64,000 bases of DNA from the human T2T-CHM13v2.0 reference genome, Homo sapiens, in the NCBI RefSeq assembly GCF_009914755.1, contig NC_060944.1, one strand, 5' to 3'. The notes below the pieces were generated by a model that worked only from the letters and a program-made list of their open reading frames with translations, was not told where the DNA came from and searched no databases. Made by a program: the position numbers and the translations under genes. Position 1 is the stretch's first letter; the number at the start of each line of letters is the position of its first letter. Below, piece after piece: positions 1-12,899 of this stretch.

Positions 1-284
1 GGACCCCTTATAAAGCTTTGGACCAAGTCCAGGGTTCTCATAGAAGTGCCAGCTGCCATATGCCTGAGCCATAGTGAGTTAAATGCCCACAAGCAGTGTT
101 CCAGTGAGTGGAACTCCACCTTTGCTGGGAAGGATTCTCTCAGGACAGAGCAAAGATAAGCTAAAGCAGTTTGCACACCTGATGATAAACTCATGAAGAG
201 TGCTGCCGTGTGAAGAAACACCACGCTGGGAAGGTGCGGCACAGGGTCTGAGCTCGGGGTTTTGTTAATGAGGTTCTAGCAGGT

Positions 285-600
285 AGAGCTCTTTCATCTG
301 CAGGTGACAACACTGAATTCAAAGCGGCCAACACAAAAAAGCTAAGTGCCAGAGAAATCCAGGGTCAGCTTCAGGAGCAGCTTGATCCAGAGGCTGAAGC
401 CATTACCAGGGCCTAGTTTCTCTCTATTTCCACTACCTCTAGGTTGACTCTTCAGTCATGATGGCAGCAAGCTGGCAAGGACAGGTCTAAGCCTGTGTGT
501 TCCCAAGTTTAAGTTGAGGAGAAAGGAGAGAGGTTTTTCCTGGTATTGTTAACACTAATCCCAGGGTATATACTTACGGGTTACACACAGCTCCAGTTTT
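285..600. mobile_element. Old MaLR LTR fragment (MLT1J/K/L-like)
   Basis: Contains CTTCAGGAGCAGCTTGATCCAGAGGCTGAAGC, resembling the recalled MLT1K/L core; strongly diverged, boundaries approximate. Confidence 0.4.
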
Positions 601-798
601 ATGGCAGACACCATAAAACAAAGGTTCTTCCTGTCAGATTCAGTGACACATTTCACAAATATTTGTTGGGTAGTCTATAATGGTGGTAGAAAGACACAGA
701 CCTGTACTCGTGGAGTTTAAATCTCTTCGTGACAGTTATTAATAAAATCTTGGAATGAAGAAAAGGCAATGGAGAGAAGGGATCATGATTCTATAGAA

Positions 799-1013
799 CA
801 GGGCTTAGCAACCTGGCACACACGCCATATCTGGCCCTCTGCCTGTATTTGTAAATAAAGTTTTATTGGAACACAGCCACACCCATTCATTTACATATTG
901 TCTGTAACTGCTTTCATTCTGTGACAGCAGAGTTGAGTAATTGTAGTAGTGACCTTACCCAACCTGAGAGATTTATTATCTGGCCCTTTACAGAACATGT
1001 TTGCCAACTCCTG
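799..1013 (+). mobile_element. MER58A hAT-Charlie non-autonomous DNA transposon
   Basis: CAGGG...GTAAATAAAGTTTTATTGGAACACAGCCAC...TATCTGGCCCTTTACAGAA...TTTGCCAACTCCTG matches MER58A end to end, with CAGG/CCTG termini. Confidence 0.9.
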
Positions 1014-2264
1014 CTGAGCAGCATATGATAAAAGAAATTGACCCAGATGGGAGGTAGGCACAGCTTCCCTGGGGACATGTGAGCCACCCAGGTCTCAGGA
1101 ATAAATAGGATTCAACTCTGCCAGTAGGGGAGAGGCTGATGACATGGGATGGGGCTGGAAAGACAGGAAAGGTGGCTACCTCAAGGGCTTCGTCCTTGGG
1201 TTTTGGTCTAAGACATGGTCTAAGGATTGACTCTGAGTAGGAGGAAAAGGGAGGGAAGGAGAAGGGACAAGTGGAGGGGAAGATGAAAGAGGGGGTCCAG
1301 AGGGTGTGCTCCCCATTCGGAGGCACGCAGTGTGGGCTCCGAATCAAAGCTGCCAGAAAGAACTGGAGCACAGCTCCTGGTAGCGTGGCTTCTCAGTGTG
1401 GGCTTTATTTTGACTTTTATTTTTTGTGTGTGAACATAAAACAGTTCTTCCTGCAGCAAGACAGCGACGTGTCAGATTCATCCTTGCTGGGTCACCCACC
1501 AGCAGAGCCATTAACCCTCTCTGTCATGATGCTTCCCCAGCTGATCGTGTTTGCAGCTGGCAGGTCAGGGTTAGGAGAGAATAAAGGTTCCTTGTGCTGA
1601 GAAACCCACCCAGGCTAATACAGATTAACTGACCACCCTAACCCCTGGTCTTGGCTTCACTAGTTCCTACTTGACAAACCAAGCTGATTACCCATCTCAC
1701 CAGGATCTAGGACAGCACCTGGCTTGGAGTAGGAGTAGGCTGGCAAAAATATGTCTGTACCACTGCATCCCCTCCCTGACCGGAGGCAGACATCACTAAT
1801 CGATCCCACTCTCTTCTATCCCTCACGTGAGGCAGACATCACTTATCAACCCTGCTGTTCTCTCCTCTGGGCCAGATGGAGCCTTGTGAGTTATCTCAGC
1901 TCTGAGCTCTTAATGGCCACTGCTGCCACTCAGCACCCAGGAGAAGCGTGTTCACCCCTCTAATGCTGGGTGCTCAGAAATGTCAGGCGAATGAAGTAAG
2001 AGGGCCTGTATGAGTGCGTGGATTTCTCTGTGGCAAAATGTGTACCTCTCCACAGTTTGTTTGGAAGACTGAAAACACCAATCCACAGTTAGCCCCATTA
2101 ATCCTTGGGACTCTAGGGTCTTGGGAGATTTCATTATTTTTAATGCCAGAGAAGAATGTCATTGCAAGAGCCATAAAGTGCAGTAGGAAATTAAAAAGCA
2201 ACAAGGGAACCCCAGCTGATGGCTGTAGGAGTGCATGGAAACATTCACTTGTGTCACCACATAA

Positions 2265-2755
2265 ATGTTTTGTGTGTTAAAGGATGCATGGATGTTTTGC
2301 ATGTTGAAGGATAAGTAGATGTTTTGTGTGTTGAAAGACAAGTGGATGTTGTGTGTGTTGAAGGATGAGTGGATGTTTTGTGTGTTGAAGGATGAGTGTA
2401 TGTGTGTGTACTGAAGGTTGAGTATGTGTTTGTGTGTTGAAGGATGAGTGGATATGTATTGAAGGTTGAGTGTATGTGTATTGAAGGATGTGTGGATATT
2501 TGTGTATTGAAGGATGAGTGGATGTTTTGTGTGTTGAAGGATGAGTGGATGTTTTGTGTGTTGAAGGATGAGTGGATGTTTTGTGTGTTGAAGGATGAGT
2601 GGATGTTTGTATATTGAAGGATGAGTGGATATTTTGTGTGTTGAAGGATGAGTGGATGTTTCGCATGTTGAAAGATGATTGTATCTTTTGTGTATCGAAC
2701 GATGCATAGATCTTTTGCATGTTGAAGGATGCATGGATGTTTTTCATGTTGAAGG
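2265..2755. repeat. 27-bp minisatellite (TGTGTGTTGAAGGATGAGTGGATGTTT)n, about 18 copies
   Basis: Directly visible tandem units, most homogeneous at 2490-2660. Confidence 0.95.
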
Positions 2756-4508
2756 GTCTGCATGGGGAAAAGACTCAATCATGGTCCATGAGAGCTGAGC
2801 TGAATCTCTGATTTTCTTGGGCACAACCATGGGCCTGGGTTCTCTGGGGTCCCAGGAAGGATGGGTGGGTTGGTGGGTGGGCTGTGTGGGGCTACACATT
2901 TGAAATGCAGCCTATGGTTCTATTGTGTTCCAGATGCTTGCATTGGAGGGAGAAGGTGCTTCTCCTTGGTTGATTAAATCTCTGGGTGGCGGCCCTGGGC
3001 AGCCCCAGGAAAACATGCTGATGCTCAATACCAAGACTATGTCTTGACATAATGAACATTTCTGATCCCTGGCTCCCTGCCTGTGGATCATCTAAGAAGC
3101 AAACTAGCCTGAGGCAAAGCTGTGCATAGGGAAAGCTTGTCTTCATTTCTCTCCTTAATGTCTCCTTCCCTCCTTCAAGCCCCACTCCTTCCCTGAGGCC
3201 CCCTGTCCCCACACAGCCTCCCCACCATGCAGGACTGCCAAGCTTGCCTGCCCAGCCAGGAAACCTCTGCCCCTCCTTGGCAAATCTCTCTGTGTCCCGA
3301 CCCTCAGCTCTACTCAAGTTAAGGTGTCATTCCCCATATGTCCTCTCTGCCAGCTGTCACCTGGGAAGGGCCAGAGCAATTCCCAGGGGACCTGTTACCT
3401 GTATGATCCACCCCTGTTGGTGAAGAGAGAGGTCCTTTTACCCACCAAAGAGAATGGCTACTGAGAATGTGTTGGGCACCAGGGAGAGGCCAGGGCACTG
3501 GGGGGGAATGACACACTGCCATTGAGAGTTATGCAGACCCAGGTAATCTAAGGGTCTTTAATTTTTTGCTTTTGTCAGAAGATTCTCATACCATAGCATT
3601 CTGTGATTTCACTGGATGTAGCTGTTGACTTTCTCTACAAATTAGTGCAAAATAACTGGGGATTTTCTCACGTCCCACTGGTTGAACTCTGAGCAATGTG
3701 TGAAAATTATAGAACCATCATTTACAGTTCATCAAAGAAGAAAACATCTCTACAGCTCATGATTTTCCACATGTACCAGTAACCACAGGAAGATGGTTCC
3801 CTCTCAGTACTTGGAGCTACTCACAGAGCCGACTCAAGGGGTGGTCGGCCAGGATTCTCACCAAGGACCTGGCCACCTCTCCTCCATCTCATCTCAGCCT
3901 TGCACTTGCTGTGCATGGAAAGTCTGGGCTGTGAGTGACACCAAACAAAACCCCCAATCCAACTGATATGAGCTAACATCACTAAAAATATTGCTTCTCT
4001 CATCCGGTCCATTCTGCCTTACATCATGTTTTTAGTCTTTAGTTTCAGATCCATATACGTGGCCCAGGACAAGTCTAGATCCTCCGGTCAAGCAATAAGA
4101 CAACAGACACCCTGCCCCATCCAAGGGAAGAGAGGGCTTCTTTCTCATCCATTCGGTCTTGTGGGAAGGAAAGGATGCTTTTCTTTCCAGTACCCCTGGG
4201 CTGGGATTGAGTTCCATCCCCGACCCTGACCGTGTGCTGAGGGATGAGCAGCCGTGATCATCCTCAGTCCTGCGGGGCCATGCATGGCACAGACAGGCGT
4301 CCTCCCACTCAAACCCCACACCTGAGGGTGGAGGATGGGGGCTTCCCAAAGGAAATCCAGGGTCCCAAATGGACAAGTAGGTACTCACACTCTCACAATT
4401 CTTCCAGGACTCCTCAAAACTCACTTTACCCCACTCGAGCAGGGGAGACTCTACTAGCAGCCAGCCAGGCAGTCGGGGAGTTGCCTCTAAATCTCCCTCG
4501 ATGGAGAT

Positions 4509-4822
<314 letters not shown>

Positions 4823-5395
4823 TAAAGTCTACCCTTTTAGCGATTCCAGCCCCAGGTTGTGTTCCCTGAAAACAGAGGCCACATCTGGCTTATCTCCCAC
4901 AACCCCCACTCTGCCCCGATGCAGAGCACGGAGTAGGCACCCGATGAATACTTGTGGAGTTGGATTGAGCTACGAATCTCCATGCAAAACTAGATGACAT
5001 TTGCCTCCCCACTGAAACTTCAGTAAAATTGAAGTGTAAGGCTGAGTACCAAGTATGAATGCAAACGTCCCTCTATATTATAGTTATTCAAAAGCTCCTA
5101 GAGCCAAAAATGTACTGCCTTTTTTTGTAAAATAAGATGGCTAATTAAATTGCATACACTTTCTGAATTTAAAAAAAAAAGCTGTAAAATAAACATCTGT
5201 GCACTTGAGGCGCATCCAGCACCTTCCCCGCCAGTCACATGTTTATCAGCTAGGAAGCAGCTGACTTTGCAGTAGGTAACGTGCCCTCATTGTTTACAGT
5301 GCAACCCAGGTGAAGGCCTGGACTTACGGACTCTTACACTGCTACAAAAAAAAAAAAGGAATCTGTATAAAGTCAAGGCAAACTTCTGCTTTTCT

Positions 5396-5696
5396 GGCCA
5401 GGCGCAGTGGCTCACACCTGTAATCCTAGCACTTTGGGAGGCCTAGACGGGTGAATCACCTGAGGTCATGAGTTCGAGACCAGCCTGGCTAACATGATGA
5501 AACCCCATCTCTACTAAAAATACAAAAATTAGCCAGGCGTGGTGGTGCATGCCTGCAATCCCAGCTACTAGGGAGGCTGAGGCAGGAGAATTGCTGGCCA
5601 CCCGGGAGGTGGAGGCTGCAGTGAGCCAAGCTATTGTCACTCCACTCCAGTCTGGGTGACAGAGCAAGACTCCATCTCAAAAAATAAAATAAAATA
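5396..5696 (+). mobile_element. AluS (Sx-like), full length
   Basis: GGCCAGGCGCAGTGGCTCAC...A-rich tail; degenerate TSD AAACTTCTGCTTT / AAACCTCTACTTT. Confidence 0.97.
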
Positions 5697-6459
5697 AAAC
5701 CTCTACTTTAAAAAAAAAATTGCATGTGTTTTTTGACACCTTCGTAAGTCTCTGGTTGATGCATGTAGACCTCTCACACCTTAACTAGCAGCGTGCATGG
5801 CCCTTCTCAGCTGCCTTGCTGTGCGCTGAAGGCAGCCCATTGGTTTTTCAGGTTGACGCTCTGGGGGGGAAATTAGCCCCCTTATGACTCCTGCTGGCTG
5901 AAGCAGGGATCCGTGTTATGGAAGGCTCTGGCGTCTTTGTTTCCAGACCACCACTGGTGACAGGCGTTGGGCGCACGAAATGAGCCATTAGCAATGGGTG
6001 GCGCCTAATGGGGGCTTACAAAGTGGGCCGACCCCAGTCCCAACTGTGTTCACGTGGATGATGAAGCACTAGGACCATGACTCCTCCAGGAGTGGATGTG
6101 AGCCCGAGGCCTTGCAAGTCCCACACCCCAACAAACAGCAGGACCCGAGGACCTGAGGATAAGTCAGAGTCTGCTAAAGAGAGTCCGTCCTGAAGCATGG
6201 ATTCCAGACCTCATGAGCATTAGGGCTTCTCCCAAATTAATGGACAAGGGCACTATCCAAAAGGAAACTGGAGCCAGGGTTCTGGCCTCTGTGTGCTGTA
6301 GGCAGGGGAGGGAGCAGGTAGGGTCTTCCTCCCAGGAGTCGCCTTGCTTCCCGCTGGCCTGGTCTGCAGAGGAGGCAGCAGGCTCACCCAGGCAGGGGAC
6401 CAGTGGGATGTACTTGCCAGGGCCTGGCTCCAGGGATCCGTGCATGATGTCTCGCCATA

Positions 6460-7032
6460 TGTATTAGTTTCCTGTGGCTGCTGTTACAGATGAGCACAAA
6501 CCAGGTGGCTTCAAACAACAGCGGTTTGTTCTCTTGCAGTTCTAGGGGTCAGAAGTCCAGAATCAGCCTCACTGGGCTACAGCCAGAGGGTCAGGAGGGA
6601 TGGCTCCTCCTGGAGGACCCTGGAGAATTCATTTCCTCACCTTTTCCAGCTTCTGGAGACGTGTTCCTGGGCTCCTGGCCCCTCCTCCATCTTCATGGCC
6701 AGTGAGGCGGCCTGCTCTGGTCCCTCTCTACTCCAACATCACCCCTCCTCCTGGGATGGTCCCTCCTCCACCCTCATGGTCAGTGAGGCAGCCTCTTCCG
6801 GTCTGTGTGCTCCGAAGTCACACCTCCTCCTCGGACCCGCCCTGCTTCCTCCCTCCTGTAAGGACCCGTGATGATGCCCTGTGCCTGGGCTGCCTCCGTG
6901 ACCCAGGGTAATCTCCCATCCCAAGGCCCCGACTGCATCAGCTCTGCCAGGGTCTTTGGCTGTCTGAGCTGTGTTCCTAGGTCCTAGGGATCAGGACATG
7001 GACACCTTTAGGGACCGCTTTTCAGCCCCACA
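6460..7032 (-). mobile_element. MLT1C-like MaLR solo LTR with an internal ~80 bp duplication
   Basis: TGTATTAGTTTCCTGTGGCTGCTGTTACA...TTCAGCCCCACA termini; CCCTCCTCCA.C.TCATGG.CAGTGAGGC.GCCT occurs at 6680 and 6761. Confidence 0.85.
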
Positions 7033-7987
7033 CCATGCTTGTCTGGAATGCCTGGAGCCGCTACCTTGAGGTGGAATCGGGAATGTGGCAGCTCAGCCCT
7101 TTCTGCTGAGCTCCCGCCGTCTCCCCAGCCGGTAGACCTGAGCCACAGGCACCTCCTCGGCCCTGGCTGGCCTGCCTGAGGGTCCCAGCGTTCGGCATGG
7201 CTGAGCTTTGCCCTCAAGTCTCAGCCATCATGTGGGCGCCTCCTCAGGGCAGCCTGTGGGAAGAGGGTGCTCCCAGCCCTCCAGCCCGGCTGCGGGTGAT
7301 CCACTCCCTGTTTTACTTTGCTCGTGGCCATCATTACCATTGGCGGCATGCTGCCCATGCCTTGTGTGTGCACGGAGACTTTCCTGTCCACCTGCCCCTC
7401 CCTGGTCATCCCAGGCCTGACCTCTGCAGCTTCTTCCTAATGCCGCCTCCCCACCTCCAATCACAGAGGCACACGCGGCTTTGCCCTTGATTTTTGAGAT
7501 GTTTGCCTCCTTATCTGTTTCCATGAGCCAGGTGCCCTGCACGGATCCGCTCTCCTCCTTATTGTTCAAGCGCAGTGAAAAAGGCAGCGTGAGCCCTGGG
7601 GCTTTCCCAGGGCCATCCCCCTGCCTGGGGCCCTGTCCGCAAGTCCTTCTCAGAACCATCCCATGTGCCTGTCCCTGTGGCCCTGGGCTCCAGGCTAACT
7701 CTCTGGAATGTTCCAACCTGGTTTCTGGGCACCAGCAGTTCCCTTTGGCCTGTAGACTTCCCTCCCAGTGCTTCCGGGGAGAGTCTCCCCAGTTGCACCC
7801 AGTGCCCTGAGAGCTGCACCTAGAGCTTCTTCCGTCCCCTGCAGGGCCTGGTGCGGTGGAGCCCAGGCAGTGCTCCCTGCACCTGTCAGGAGCCTGTCTT
7901 CTGAGGCTGGGGACACAAGCCAGCCCTGCAGGCTCCACTTCTCCCCAGATGTCCTGTTGGTGCCCAGCACGCCTGCCCTTCGTTTCT

Positions 7988-8265
7988 TTAACAGTTTTAT
8001 TAAGGTGTAATTTACATGCCCTACACTCCACTCATCTAAGCTGTGCAAATCAACGATGTCTACATTCAGAGTTGTGCAGCCACCACCCCAGTCCATTTTA
8101 GAATGTTTTCATCGCCTCACAAAGAAACTCCACACCCTTGGCTGTCCGCCTTCTGCGCCCCCATGGCCCCCGGCCCTAGGCAGCCACTAATCTACTTTCT
8201 GTCTCTGTCGACTTCCCTGTTCTGGGCACTGCGCATGAGAGAATTGTACAGTGTGTGGTCCTACT
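7988..8265 (-). mobile_element. L1MB-type 3' end fragment
   Basis: ACATTCAGAGTTGTGCAGCCACCACC...TTTTAGAATGTTTTCATC...CCTAGGCAGCCACTAATCTACTTTCTGTCTCT, typical of the old L1 3'UTR. Confidence 0.85.
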
Positions 8266-8338
8266 CTTGGTTTTCCAGATGTTCTTGGTGTTTGTGGTGG
8301 AGGTCAGAGGGGAGGTGAAGAGAAGAGGGTACCGTGCA

Positions 8339-8549
8339 ACAGAAGGCTCTGCGGGGGGACAGAGGGCTCTGCGGGGGGGACAGAGGGCTCTGCGGAGGGA
8401 CAGAGGGCTCTGCGGAGGGACAGACGGTTCTGCGGGGGGACAGACGGTTCTGCGGGGGGACAGAGGGCTCTGAGGAGGGACAGAGGGCTCTGCGGGGGGA
8501 CAGACGGTTCTGCGGGGGGACAGAGGGCTCTGTGGGGGGACAGAGGGCT
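8339..8549. repeat. 20-bp G-rich minisatellite (GACAGAGGGCTCTGCGGGGG)n, about 10 copies
   Basis: Directly visible tandem units with two variants, AGGGC and ACGGT. Confidence 0.95.
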
Positions 8550-9098
8550 GGACGCAAGAGGTGGCCAGGTGGCCAGATGGTGCTGGCCCCATGGTCATGT
8601 CTGGGTGCTTGCCTGTCCCTGTGCAGAGAGCAGTGAGGAGCATCAGATGTTTGAGGGGAGACGGGGGTTGTCACACACGCGTTCTGTGCAGACCATTCCC
8701 TGGGTCCCATGGAAGGCATCCAGGGGCAGGGGACAGAGGCAGCTGCGAGGTGGAGCTGAGCTGGCATCCAGTGGGAGCGGACAAGGCTGGGGTGAGGGGT
8801 TGTCCCTGGGAGCCCGTGCCCTAGAGGGACTACCCCACACATGGCTGGGTGCCTGGCCTGATCTCTCTCCACTTTCCTCGTTGACATCACATTGCCATCC
8901 TTCGTTCCCTCCTCGTTTAACATGTAGGGGTTATCAACTTTGATATCTTATTACTCAGTGTCTATGAGACTCCTCTCCTGCCTGCCCACATGTGTCTGCA
9001 CCTGCACTGAAGTGTGGACAGCGTGTCGCTGGATGGACCAGCCCGTACAGCCACACACTCCTTCAAGATGACAGAGTGACTTTTAAAATATTCACTGG

Positions 9099-9386
9099 GG
9101 CAGGACACGGTGGCTCACACCTGTAATCCCAGCACTTGGGGAGGCTGAGGCGGGTGGATTGCTTGAGGCCAGGAGTTTGAGACCAGCCTGGCCAACATGG
9201 TGAAACCCTGTGTCTACAAAAAAATACAAAAATTAGCCGGGTGTGCTGTTGCATGCCTGTAGTCTCAGCTACTTAGGAGGCTGAGGCATGAGACTCACTT
9301 GAACTCAGGAAACAGAGGTTGCAGTGAACCAAGATCACGCCACTGCACTTCAGCCTGGATGAAAGAGCAAGACCCTGTCTTAAAAA
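9099..9386 (+). mobile_element. Alu (AluJb/Sz-like), short tail
   Basis: Full dimeric Alu; GCTTGAGGCCAGG and GCAAGACCCTGTCT suggest an older subfamily. Confidence 0.95.
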
Positions 9387-9409
9387 TATATGTGCGTCAG
9401 TAGAGAGGT

Positions 9410-9852
9410 TCCCTGCTAAACTCCTTCTAGTGGCTTTCCTACATCAAGTCTCTAAATGTTGCAGCCTCAGACAGCTCTTGCACGTGCCTTCCAGAGTCTG
9501 GAATGTTCGTCCTGGCTTCTGGGTACTGACAGACAGCATCGTCGACCCCTGCAGATCAATATTGAGAAGGTCTCCCTCAGAGAAGCCTCTCAGACAACCT
9601 CACAAACTAGAATCCCTGCCCTTTCTGCTCATCCCAGACCGCATGCATTTCCTTCCTAGCTCTTCTCGCCCTAACAGTTCTGCCTGTTTAACAATTGACC
9701 TGTGGCTGCTTTCTCCCACTAGAAAGCCCACTCCATGGAGTGGGAGAGCCCCTGTCACATCCGCTGCTGTCTCCAGTGGACAGCAGGGTACCTGGCCACA
9801 GCCTTGGAGGTATTGGGTGCTGGGGGCACCTCGGTTGAATAAATGCATGAAT
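9410..9852 (+). mobile_element. L2 3' fragment
   Basis: CTCCCTCAGAGAAGCCTCTCAGAC, CCCACTAGAAAG...CTCCATG and a TGAATAAATGCATGAAT tail. Confidence 0.65.
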
Positions 9853-10290
9853 AGATTTTTGCTAAAACAATGATAAAATATAACACGAGCTCAGCAGATA
9901 ACCCTGTGAGAATGTGTGCTTAGTGGGGGTGGGGCATGTGGATTAGAGAAAGCTACAGGATCAAGTTTAGGGGGAAAGATAACCCTAAGGGGAAGGAAGC
10001 AGGGACCCAGAGCCTGCAGGGGGCTGACAGCTGCGAGGCTAACGCACGGGGCGCGCTGCCTGGGCCAGCAGCTCTCCCGCACTGCACACTTGTCTGCAGG
10101 TCACAGTGAGACCCAGTGAGATGAGCAGGTGTCTGAATGGAGCCTGCTCCTAGGAGCAGGGGCATTTCCCTGGAAAGCCATCGCCGATGTGAGGCCCCTC
10201 CTTCCACCGCCCCTGCAGGCCTGTGGGCAACCACTGCTGCCTCTGAGAGCTCGCCAGGCCTGGCTTCCCTCCGCTTCTCCACCTGCATGT

Positions 10291-10392
10291 GACAGATAAG
10301 GAAAACCAGGCTTGAGAGTGTGAGAATCTTGGCTCAGGGTGACCAACACTGTAAGTGGCAGAGCTGGATCCCAGCCACAGGTCTGCTCTGAA
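10291..10392 (-). mobile_element. MIR fragment
   Basis: ACAGATAAGGAAAACCAGGC...GTAAGTGGCAGAGCTGGAT core. Confidence 0.7.
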
Positions 10393-10831
10393 ACGTTCCA
10401 ATAAAACGATCCTGCTGAAAAGCACCATCAGCATGGATGGGTGCTGTGCAGAGCAGCAAGGCTCACTCCAGCCGAGGGGCTATTGGTCATTTCCAGCGTT
10501 TTCCTTTGACCTTGGGGAAGCCCTTCCCACCCTCAGTCTTTCTTGCCACACCATCCCTCTTACAATCTTCTCCTGTCCTTCAATTCTAAACCCACCAGCA
10601 AGATTGCTTTCATTTGTTAGGGTCCTGTTTTAGGGCAGGCCTATATTATTTGATGTACAGATATTTGTGTTTTATAAAATGTCTATTATTTTGTGCCATT
10701 TCTGTCTTAATTTTCAGTCTCCATATTTAGAGGAAGCTTTATCTTTCTGATTATTTGGTCAAATTCAATTTAATAGGAATTTATTGAGAATCTATTGTTG
10801 GATACTCCCGAACTTGGTGGAGCCATTTGAG

Positions 10832-11395
10832 TTGATGATGGTCATGACGGTGATGGTGATGATGATGGTGATGGTGATGGTGATTGTGATGGTGATGGTG
10901 ATGGTGATGATTGTGGTCATGCAGAGGATGGTGATGATGGTGATGGTGGTGAAGGAGAGGATAATGGTGATGAAGATGATGGTGATGGTGATTATGATGG
11001 TGATGGTGCTGATTGTGGTGATGCGGAGGATGATGGTGATGGTGATGAGGTGGTGATGAGGAGGATGATGGTGATGGTGATGATGTGATGATGATGGTGA
11101 TGGTGATTGTGATGGTGATGGTGATTGTGATGGTGATGGTGATGATGTGGTGATGAGGAGGATGATGGTGATGGTGGTGATGGGGAAGATGATGGTGATG
11201 AAGATGATGGTGATGGTGATGATTGTGGTGATAGGGAGGATGATGGTCATGACGGTGATTGTGGTGATGGGGAAATGATGATGATGTTTATAGTGATCAT
11301 GGTGATGATCATGATGGTGATGATAATGATATTAATCATGATCATGGTCATGATGATGGCAATTATCATGGTGATGGTGGTGATGGTGATAGTGG
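10832..11395. repeat. (GATGGT)n/(ATG)n degenerate simple repeat
   Basis: Directly visible; the source of the poly-M/V and poly-I/T/H pseudo-ORFs. Confidence 0.97.
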
Positions 11396-11429
11396 GGATA
11401 GGGATGGCAGTGACAATAACAGTGACAAC

Positions 11430-11870
11430 TGCACCTAACACTCTCCAGCACTGATGGGTTTCCCAGCACAGTTCCAAGCTCTTTATGTGCATTAACTTCA
11501 TTTGATCCTCCATTTCCTTTCCCAGCTGACCCCATAACCAGCTAGGGCACCACATCTTCCACAGTTATTGTGTTTCTGTGGCCTCCAGCCAGGGAGTGCC
11601 TGAGGGGGTGTTAAGGTATGGGAGACCCTGGACGTGAGGTAACTCAAAGGCAGATGCCCTTACAGTAGCCCACCCAGGTCTTAGCACATTTTCTGAAGGA
11701 AAATTAAGCAGCATTTGATCCTTCATTTGATCCTTTTGTAGACAAAAAACTTGAGGCACAGGAAGTTGATCAGCGTGACTTTACCAGGGTTGCTCAGCCA
11801 GTGAGTGGCAGAGCTGGTATCTAAACCCAGGCCACCTGGGACTATAGATCACACTCTCAATCACCATCCT
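11430..11870 (-). mobile_element. MIR interrupted by a ~200 bp local duplicate (11515-11713)
   Basis: CTTTATGTGCATTAACTTCATTTGATCCTC on the left and GAGGCACAGG...GTGAGTGGCAGAGCTGGTATCTAAACCCAGG on the right are collinear MIR parts. Confidence 0.75.
11515..11713 (+). repeat. Dispersed direct repeat, copy A (partner at 12715-12881)
   Basis: About 88% identity by manual alignment to 12715-12881, apart from a ~32 bp indel. Confidence 0.95.
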
Positions 11871-12525
11871 GTTTGCCCTTGGAAAAGTCACCAGGTTATG
11901 GAGAGACAAGAGACACACACAGAGAGAGACAGAGTGAGAGAGTAATTAAATAACAGTTCAAAAAATAATCCACTGAGGCACATTATTTAATTTATCATTC
12001 CATAAACATCCGAGTACCTACTGTGTACTAAGCCTGGGGATAAAATCATAGATAAGCAGCCATGCCTTCACAGAGCTTGGAAGCAGAAGGGAGAGGCTGC
12101 TCTCCCAGCAGCCCCTGGGGTGAGCCGTGCTGAGGAAGAAGATGTGGCTGGGAATATCTGCAGGTCAGAGGAGGGATGTCAGCAGAGGCTGGAAATGGTG
12201 GGCACTGCTTCTCAGCATCAGTACCATTGATCCAAGTGCTGAAGAAAGGCCGAGAATCCAAGAGAGCCCAGTGGGGAGGACAAGGAGGAAGCCTCCAGGC
12301 TCGGGGCAGGGGAGAGTGGGAAACCCACGGGGAAGGTGAGGAAGGCTGAGCGCTTGAAGGGGGGCCACCGAGTGACTGGACAGGGCCGGGCAGGTGGACA
12401 CTGTCAAGGGGGATGCTCTTTCTTTCTCCACCTCTGCCGTCTGGTTTCTACCATCTTCCTCATTCCCAGAGCCCCTGGGACGCCTGCCCACACTAAGTGA
12501 GGGACAGCAGGGGCACAGCCTGCTG

Positions 12526-12881
12526 GATTTTAAAATTAGTTTCCAAATCAGTTTGACCAAGATAACATTGAATCTGAGGCCTGGGTCTTCCTGCAGAGCT
12601 CTTAGTCCTGGGTCATCCCGTCGGAAACTGCAGTCCTGCTTCTTGAGGCAGGGTTCCAGGCCGAGCGCGGGGAGGTTAGGGCCCAGGGACAAAATGATTC
12701 CATTTTGACTCCGCTCCTTCCCCAGCTGACCCCATAACCAGCTGGGGCACCACGTCTTCCACAGCGATTGTGTTTCTGTGGCCTCCAAAGGGACCCTGGC
12801 TGTAGGGTAACTCAAAGGCGGACGGCCTTACAGTCACCCACCGTGTTCTCAGCACCTTTTCTGAAGGAAAATTAAGCAGCA
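12526..12881 (+). repeat. Dispersed direct repeat, copy B (shares its 3' part with A and its 5' part with C)
   Basis: 12715-12881 aligns to 11515-11713; 12526-12585 aligns ungapped to 13352-13411 (45/60). Confidence 0.9.
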
Positions 12882-12899
12882 GAAAGCAGCCACTTTCAC

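Noticed and set aside
2159-2778. Three overlapping minus-strand ORFs with repeated peptides
   Set aside because: They are products of the 27-bp minisatellite, which lacks stops on that strand.
8176-8943. 230-aa and 220-aa ORFs on both strands
   Set aside because: Driven by the 20-bp GC-rich VNTR; no domain similarity.
10784-11555. Poly-Met/Val and poly-His/Ile/Thr ORFs
   Set aside because: Translations of the (GATGGT)n simple repeat.
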